Of a stretch of 32,000 nucleotides of DNA, positions 27,258 to 32,000 are shown one piece after another. The notes beneath the pieces were generated by a model. That model was not told where the DNA came from, did not search any database, and was given only the letters and a program-made list of their open reading frames with translations. The position numbers and the translations under genes were made by a program. Position 1 is the stretch's first letter; each line of letters starts with the position of its first letter. Where the stretch lies: the NCBI RefSeq assembly GCF_001465295.1, contig NZ_CP011034.1:1650001-1682000 (forward strand), written 5' to 3'. This DNA is from Pseudoalteromonas translucida KMM 520. GTDB lineage: Bacteria > Pseudomonadota > Gammaproteobacteria > Enterobacterales > Alteromonadaceae.

Positions 27258-27692
27258 TTACTCATCTATTTTATTAAGTGTGTCGCGGCAACGGCGCTCG
27301 GCTGTTACCAATTCCATAAGAACAACTTTAATGTCGTCCATTTGTTGTGATAGGTCGGCTTTTTTCTCGCTAATAAGGTCCAGCATAGTTACCAGTTGCT
27401 TAGCACTTGATTTGTCGGCGTCGTAAAGTTCAAACAAACGTCCTGTTTCTGCCAGCGTAAAACCTAAGCGTTTACCACGTAAAATTAATTTTAAGCGTAC
27501 TTTATCGCGTTTAGAGTAAATACGGGTTTGGCCATTTCTACTTGGCGTAACAAGCCCTTGGTCTTCATAAAAGCGGATAGAGCGGGTGGTAATGTCAAAC
27601 TCCTTTGCGAGCTCGCTAATACTAAAAGTTTGTTCATTATTGGCAGGCACAGTGGCCGACGTTGCAAAGCTTGTTTGATTATCTGGTTTCAT
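27258..27692 (-). CDS. liuR: MerR-family transcriptional regulator of leucine catabolism (LiuR)
   Basis: 144 aa. MerR HTH (FSISELAKEFDITTRSIRFYEDQGLV) plus a coiled-coil dimerisation helix. It heads the liu operon. Confidence 0.85.
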   Translation of the reverse strand: MKPDNQTSFATSATVPANNEQTFSISELAKEFDITTRSIRFYEDQGLVTPSRNGQTRIYSKRDKVRLKLILRGKRLGFTLAETGRLFELYDADKSSAKQLVTMLDLISEKKADLSQQMDDIKVVLMELVTAERRCRDTLNKIDE

Positions 27693-27735
27693 AATAGTGT
27701 TTTACCTCATTCGAAGAACCCCAATATAAGTGAAG

Positions 27736-27751
27736 TTTACGTAAAGGTAAA
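27736..27751. promoter_or_regulatory. Candidate LiuR operator upstream of liuR (imperfect palindrome TTTACGTAAAGGTAAA)
   Basis: It lies 44 nt upstream of the liuR start codon and shares the TTTACG/CGTAAA half-site with the site at 27911. Confidence 0.5.
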
Positions 27752-27910
27752 GCAAGATGTTTGTGTAATACTTTAGACTAATGAAAATGGCGAGTAAACT
27801 TTCATTAAAGTTAGGCTTTAAAGCCTGCGCAGGCGTTTTTACTGAAGTGTAATGAAACATAATACAAATAAGTTTACAGTTTTTACAGTCAACTAAAAGT
27901 TGATTTTAGA

Positions 27911-27933
27911 TTTACGTTGGCGTAAACGTAAAT
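27911..27933. promoter_or_regulatory. Candidate LiuR operator(s) upstream of the thiolase operon
   Basis: TTTACGTTGGCGTAAA (27911-27926) has perfect 6-bp arms and is immediately followed by an extra ACGTAAA half-site. A further CGTAAA lies at 27946-27951. The cluster is about 90-110 nt upstream of the thiolase ATG. Confidence 0.5.
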
Positions 27934-28022
27934 ATTATGTATGCTCGTAAACAGATTATAAATAAATTGTTTGGCTCAGCGCATTTAATTGCACGGTGCC
28001 AATTACTAAATGGAGCCTTTTT

Positions 28023-29204
28023 ATGACTACTGAAGCCGTTGTTATTGTAGCAGCAAAACGCACCCCTATGGGTGGATTTATGGGCGCACTTAATGATGCG
28101 CAATCAACTGAGCTGGGGGCAACCGCTATTGCTAGTGCATTAGCAGAAACAGGCCTAAGCACAGATGCAATTGATGAAGTAATTATGGGCTGTGTATTAC
28201 CCGCTGGTGTAGGCCAAGCGCCTGCTCGTCAAGCAATGTTAAAAGCAGGCCTAGCACTTAGCACTGGCGCTACCACTATAAATAAAGTGTGTGGCTCGGG
28301 CTTAAAAGCGGCAATGTTGGCACATGATCTAATTAAAGCGGGCTCTATTAATTCAGCAGTAGCTGGTGGCATGGAAAGTATGAGTAATGCACCGTACTTT
28401 ATTCCTAAAGCACGTGGCGGCATGCGCATGGGACATGGCGAAATTAAAGATCACATGATGAGCGATGGCCTTGAAGATGCTTACGACAACAAAGCAATGG
28501 GTTGTTTTGCACAAGACACCGCCGATGAATACGGTATTGGCCGTGAACAAATGGATAACTTTGCACTAAGCTCGCTAACCAAAGCAAAAGCCGCAATTGA
28601 AAACGGCAGCTTTAATAACGAAGTTGCACCGCACACTATGCAAACACGCAAAGGCGACGTTACCGTTGCCATTGACGAGCAACCAGGTAACGCCCGCCCA
28701 GAAAAAATTCCGAGCCTACGTGCCGCATTTAAAAAAGACGGCACTATTACAGCCGCTAACTCATCGTCAATTTCAGACGGTGGCGCAGCACTTATTTTAA
28801 TGAGCGAGTCAAAAGCTAAAGAGCAGGGCTTAACCCCGCTTTGTAAAATTGTAGCGCACAGCACGCATTCTCAAAAACCAAGCGAATTTACAGTAGCGCC
28901 AGTGGGCGCAATGAACAAGGTACTAGAAAAAGCCGGTTGGACTACAGACGATGTTGACCTGTGGGAAATTAACGAAGCGTTTGCCATGGTTACTATGCTT
29001 GCTATTAACGAGCTTAAACTAGATGAAAGCAAAGTAAACGTAAATGGCGGTGCTTGTGCATTGGGCCACCCAATTGGTGCAAGCGGCGCACGTATTTTAG
29101 TAACGCTTATTCATGCACTTAAAAATCGCGGTCTTAAAAAAGGCGTAGCGTCTTTATGTATTGGTGGCGGTGAAGCCGTTGCCATGGCAGTAGAAGCACT
29201 TTAA
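28023..29204 (+). CDS. Acetyl-CoA C-acetyltransferase (thiolase II)
   Basis: VIVAAKRTPMGGF, the active-site Cys context INKVCGSGLKA, NEAFA, GGACALGHPIGASGARI and CIGGGEA. The ATG at 28023 has GGAG 7 nt upstream. The ORF track opens earlier at GTG 27996. Confidence 0.92.
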   Translation: MTTEAVVIVAAKRTPMGGFMGALNDAQSTELGATAIASALAETGLSTDAIDEVIMGCVLPAGVGQAPARQAMLKAGLALSTGATTINKVCGSGLKAAMLAHDLIKAGSINSAVAGGMESMSNAPYFIPKARGGMRMGHGEIKDHMMSDGLEDAYDNKAMGCFAQDTADEYGIGREQMDNFALSSLTKAKAAIENGSFNNEVAPHTMQTRKGDVTVAIDEQPGNARPEKIPSLRAAFKKDGTITAANSSSISDGGAALILMSESKAKEQGLTPLCKIVAHSTHSQKPSEFTVAPVGAMNKVLEKAGWTTDDVDLWEINEAFAMVTMLAINELKLDESKVNVNGGACALGHPIGASGARILVTLIHALKNRGLKKGVASLCIGGGEAVAMAVEAL

Positions 29205-29287
29205 TTTTTATCACAAAATAATAATCAATGCAGCGCTAATTATAATAATAAAGCTGCACTAACACTCTTATAAAACAGGATTTAATT

Positions 29288-30778
29288 ATGCACCAAGTAC
29301 CACTACTGATTAACGGCGAATTTATTCAATCAAGCTCAAAAGAACTTATTGACGTAATAAACCCAGCCAACCAAGAAGTGCTAGCTCAAGTACCTTGCAC
29401 CACAGACGCAGAAATGGACGCAGCTATTGCCTCGGCTTCAGAAACGTTTAAAACGTGGAAAGATGTGCCAATTACTGAACGTGCGCGCATTATGATGAAA
29501 TACGCTGCGCTATTAAAAGAGCACCACGATGAGCTTGCCACTATTATTTGTCATGAGCTGGGTAAAACCTTTGAAGACGCTAAAGGCGACGTATGGCGTG
29601 GCATTGAAGTAGTTGAGCAAGCGGCTAACGCACCGTCATTAATGATGGGTGAAACCATGGAAAACGTAGCGCGTAAAATCGATACGTATTCTTACATGCA
29701 ACCATTAGGTGTGTGTGCGGGTATTACGCCGTTTAACTTTCCGGCAATGATCCCATTGTGGATGTTTCCGCTGGCAATTGTGTGTGGTAACACCTTTATT
29801 TTAAAACCGTCTGAGCAAGATCCACTTACACCAATGCGCTTAGCTGAGTTATTTATGGAAGCTGGCGCGCCAAAAGGCGTGTTACAAGTAGTACATGGTA
29901 CAAAACCACAAGTAGATCGCATACTAGAGGATAAAGCAGTACGCGCTATTTCGTTTGTTGGCTCGTGTGGCGTTGGCGCTTATATTTATTCAAAAGGCAC
30001 AGCAAACCTTAAACGTGTACAAGCGTGTGTGGGTGCTAAAAACCACATGGTTATTATGCCAGATGCCAGCAAATCGCATGTTGTAAATAACTTAGTTGGC
30101 GCGTCGGTTGGTGCAGCTGGCCAGCGTTGTATGGGTATTTCGGTTGCGGTATTTGTTGGCCAAGCAAAAGACTGGGTTGATGAAATTAAAGCAGGTTTTG
30201 AAGGTGTACGCCCAGGCGTATGGGATGATGCAGGTGCAGCGTATGGCCCGCAAACGTCACCAGCTGCCAAAGCACGTATTTTATCGCTTATTGCCGGTGG
30301 TAAAGAGCAAGGTGCTAAATGTTTAATTGACGGCTCAAACTTTACGGTTGAAGGCTACGAGCAAGGTAACTGGGTAGGCCCAACATTGTTTACCGATGTT
30401 ACTAAAGACATGGACTTATATAAAGAAGAAATTTTTGGTCCAGTACTGGCGTGTATGTTTGTAGATACATTAGATGAAGCCATTGCCCTAATAAACGACA
30501 GCCCATATGGTAACGGCACATCGCTGTTTACCTCAAGCGGCGCAGTTGCACGTAAGTTCCAACACGAAATTGAAGTAGGCCAAGTAGGTATTAACGTGCC
30601 AATTCCGGTGCCACTGCCGTTCTTTTCGTTTACTGGTTGGAAAGGCTCGTTTTATGGCGACACTCACACTTATGGTAAGCAAGGTATTCGTTTTTATACC
30701 GAAACTAAAACCATTACTTCACGTTGGTTTGAAGACGACATAGCGTCGGGTCCAAATATGAGCATTAACTTAAAGTAA
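29288..30778 (+). CDS. mmsA: Methylmalonate-semialdehyde dehydrogenase (CoA-acylating)
   Basis: 496 aa aldehyde dehydrogenase with [27 protein letters not shown] (catalytic Cys) and EEIFGPVL. The valine-catabolic neighbourhood supports the call. Confidence 0.9.
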   Translation: MHQVPLLINGEFIQSSSKELIDVINPANQEVLAQVPCTTDAEMDAAIASASETFKTWKDVPITERARIMMKYAALLKEHHDELATIICHELGKTFEDAKGDVWRGIEVVEQAANAPSLMMGETMENVARKIDTYSYMQPLGVCAGITPFNFPAMIPLWMFPLAIVCGNTFILKPSEQDPLTPMRLAELFMEAGAPKGVLQVVHGTKPQVDRILEDKAVRAISFVGSCGVGAYIYSKGTANLKRVQACVGAKNHMVIMPDASKSHVVNNLVGASVGAAGQRCMGISVAVFVGQAKDWVDEIKAGFEGVRPGVWDDAGAAYGPQTSPAAKARILSLIAGGKEQGAKCLIDGSNFTVEGYEQGNWVGPTLFTDVTKDMDLYKEEIFGPVLACMFVDTLDEAIALINDSPYGNGTSLFTSSGAVARKFQHEIEVGQVGINVPIPVPLPFFSFTGWKGSFYGDTHTYGKQGIRFYTETKTITSRWFEDDIASGPNMSINLK

Positions 30779-30826
30779 TTACTCATAATAAATAGTTTAA
30801 AAAAGCATAATTAATAATAAAGAAGG

Positions 30827-30857
30827 GCACGAAGGTAACTCCTATTACCTTCGTTGC
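30827..30857 (+). other. Intercistronic hairpin between mmsA and the acyl-CoA dehydrogenase
   Basis: CGAAGGTAA (30830-30838) pairs with TTACCTTCG (30845-30853) around a 6-nt loop, extended by GCA/TGC with one bulge. There is no clean T tract, so it looks like an attenuator or stability element rather than a strong terminator. Confidence 0.4.
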
Positions 30858-30904
30858 TCTTCACTAATCACCTAGACAACACATAACTAATTGAAGAGGT
30901 CTAT

Positions 30905-32000
30905 ATGGACTTTAATTTATCAGATGATCAGCAAGCATTTGCTCAAACAGCACGTCAGTTTGCTGACTCAGAACTCGCACCTTACGCCGCTAAGTGGGAC
31001 CGCGAACATATTTTTCCTAAAGACACGATTAAAGCTGCAGGCGAACTTGGTTTTTGCGGCCTTTACACGCCAGAAGAAGCCGGTGGACTTGGCTTATCGC
31101 GCTTAGACTCAAGCATTATATTTGAACAACTTGCTATGGGCTGTACAGCAACTACCGCCATGTTAACCATACATAATATGGCCACTTGGATGGTAGCAAG
31201 CTTTGGTACTGACGCCGCTAAAGACAAATACTGCGAACAACTGGTTACAGGCGACTTACTGGCATCGTATTGTTTAACCGAGCCAGGCTCTGGCTCAGAC
31301 GCCGCATCGCTAAAAACCAAAGCAGTACGCGATGGCGACGAATACGTAATTAACGGCTCAAAAATGTTTATTTCGGGCGCGGGCGAAACCGAAGTATTAG
31401 TGGTGATGGCGCGCACCGGATGCGATGGCCCTAAAGGTATTTCGGCCTTTATAGTACCAGCCGACGCTAAAGGCGTTGAATACGGTAAAGCCGAAGAAAA
31501 AATGGGCTGGAACGCACAACCTACACGCTTAATTAGTTTTGAAGATGTGCGTATTCCGGCGCATAACTTATTAGGTGCAGAAGGCGAAGGTTTTAAATTT
31601 GCTATGCAAGGGCTTGATGGCGGGCGCATTAATATTGCAACTTGTTCAATTGGCACGGCGCAAGCGGCGCTTAATACGGCCCGCGAATATTTAAAAGAAC
31701 GTACTCAGTTTGGTAAACCACTAGCCGCGTTTCAAGCACTGCAGTTTAAAATTGCCGATATGAATACCGAGCTTGTAGCCGCGCGCCAAATGGTAAGGTT
31801 GGCTGCATTTAAGCTTGATAATAACGACAGCGAAAAAACCACGTATTGCGCCATGGCAAAACGTTTTGCAACCGATGTAGGCTTTACAGTATGTAACGAC
31901 GCCCTGCAAATTCATGGTGGCTATGGTTATATTAAAGAATACCCATTAGAGCGCCATGTACGTGATGTACGTGTACACCAAATTTTAGAAGGCACTAACG
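30905..32000 (+). CDS. Acyl-CoA dehydrogenase (isobutyryl/2-methylbutyryl-CoA type), 3'-truncated by the window edge
   Basis: This ORF is not in the ORF track because it runs off the window. My own translation from ATG 30905 (GAAGAGG upstream) reads MDFNLSDDQQAFAQTARQFADSELAPYAAKWDREHIFP...CLTEPGSGSDAASL...QFGKPLAAFQALQFKIADM...IHGGYGYIKEYPLERHVRDVRVHQILEGTN. Confidence 0.88.
   Translation, partial: MDFNLSDDQQAFAQTARQFADSELAPYAAKWDREHIFPKDTIKAAGELGFCGLYTPEEAGGLGLSRLDSSIIFEQLAMGCTATTAMLTIHNMATWMVASFGTDAAKDKYCEQLVTGDLLASYCLTEPGSGSDAASLKTKAVRDGDEYVINGSKMFISGAGETEVLVVMARTGCDGPKGISAFIVPADAKGVEYGKAEEKMGWNAQPTRLISFEDVRIPAHNLLGAEGEGFKFAMQGLDGGRINIATCSIGTAQAALNTAREYLKERTQFGKPLAAFQALQFKIADMNTELVAARQMVRLAAFKLDNNDSEKTTYCAMAKRFATDVGFTVCNDALQIHGGYGYIKEYPLERHVRDVRVHQILEGTN

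Noticed and set aside
27815-27840. Palindromes AGGCTTTAAAGCCT and GCCTGCGCAGGC followed by GTTTTT: a possible terminator of a small RNA in the liuR/thiolase intergenic region
   Set aside because: Once a minimal loop is allowed, only about 4-bp stems remain. No upstream + strand promoter or gene is evident, so the evidence is too weak to call.
28481-28864. 127-aa - strand ORF, and the other short ORFs inside the thiolase gene (28229-28429, 28353-28550, 28597-28800)
   Set aside because: All are embedded in or antisense to the thiolase CDS, which has unambiguous family motifs.
30891-31106. 71-aa + strand ORF starting with TTG
   Set aside because: It is out of frame with, and overlaps, the acyl-CoA dehydrogenase CDS, whose ATG at 30905 has a good RBS and a family-typical N-terminus.
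31063-31656. 197-aa - strand ORF
   Set aside because: It is antisense to the clearly recognisable acyl-CoA dehydrogenase reading frame that starts at 30905, and its translation is Pro/Ser/Ala-rich. Shadow ORF.
1-32000. A defence island, mobile element, CRISPR array or toxin-antitoxin system
   Set aside because: No transposase, integrase, recombinase, phage structural gene, restriction-modification gene, Cas or reverse-transcriptase-like ORF appears in any frame, and there are no spaced direct-repeat arrays. The gene order reads as conserved chromosomal metabolism. The only decay or scar region is 18650-19270.

Overview
This is an AT-rich chromosomal window from a gammaproteobacterium. Gene content and synteny look like Alteromonadales or Pseudoalteromonas, but that taxon call is my inference. 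I call about 30 CDS, almost all core or catabolic metabolism. In order they are: the 3' part of pyrF; a small Cys-rich hypothetical; an S1-domain (CvfB/YitL-like) gene with a DEAD-box helicase; trhO; a cNMP-binding/CBS/DUF294-nucleotidyltransferase gene followed 8 nt later by a DEDDh exonuclease; a BCCT transporter; an egtB-egtD ergothioneine cassette; a PhzF-like gene overlapping asnB; pcp with pxpB-pxpC; a signal-peptide MsrA/thioredoxin-like/MsrB fusion; and a decayed LysR gene. The rest of the window is the full leucine-catabolic operon liuR-liuABCDE plus scoAB, divergent from a thiolase-mmsA-acyl-CoA dehydrogenase operon. I see no rRNA, tRNA, CRISPR array, transposase, integrase, phage gene or recognisable defence gene. 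The main thing the gene calls do not explain is a roughly 315-nt G+C-rich, multi-helix element at 9226-9540. It is closed by a perfect 12-bp inverted repeat and sits in the 797-bp AT-rich gap between the divergent BCCT and egtBD genes. Its non-Watson-Crick stem positions are almost all G-U when read on the + strand. It is therefore a candidate structured RNA or egtBD leader, with a TA-flanked MITE as the main alternative. Secondary points are a possible BCCT link to ergothioneine or hercynine transport, pxpBC-pcp without pxpA, the unusual Msr domain order, a PhzF-like protein apparently lacking the catalytic Glu, the uncharacterised NTase-exonuclease pair, and candidate LiuR operators. All calls come from reading the sequence and ORF translations. 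No database search was run.
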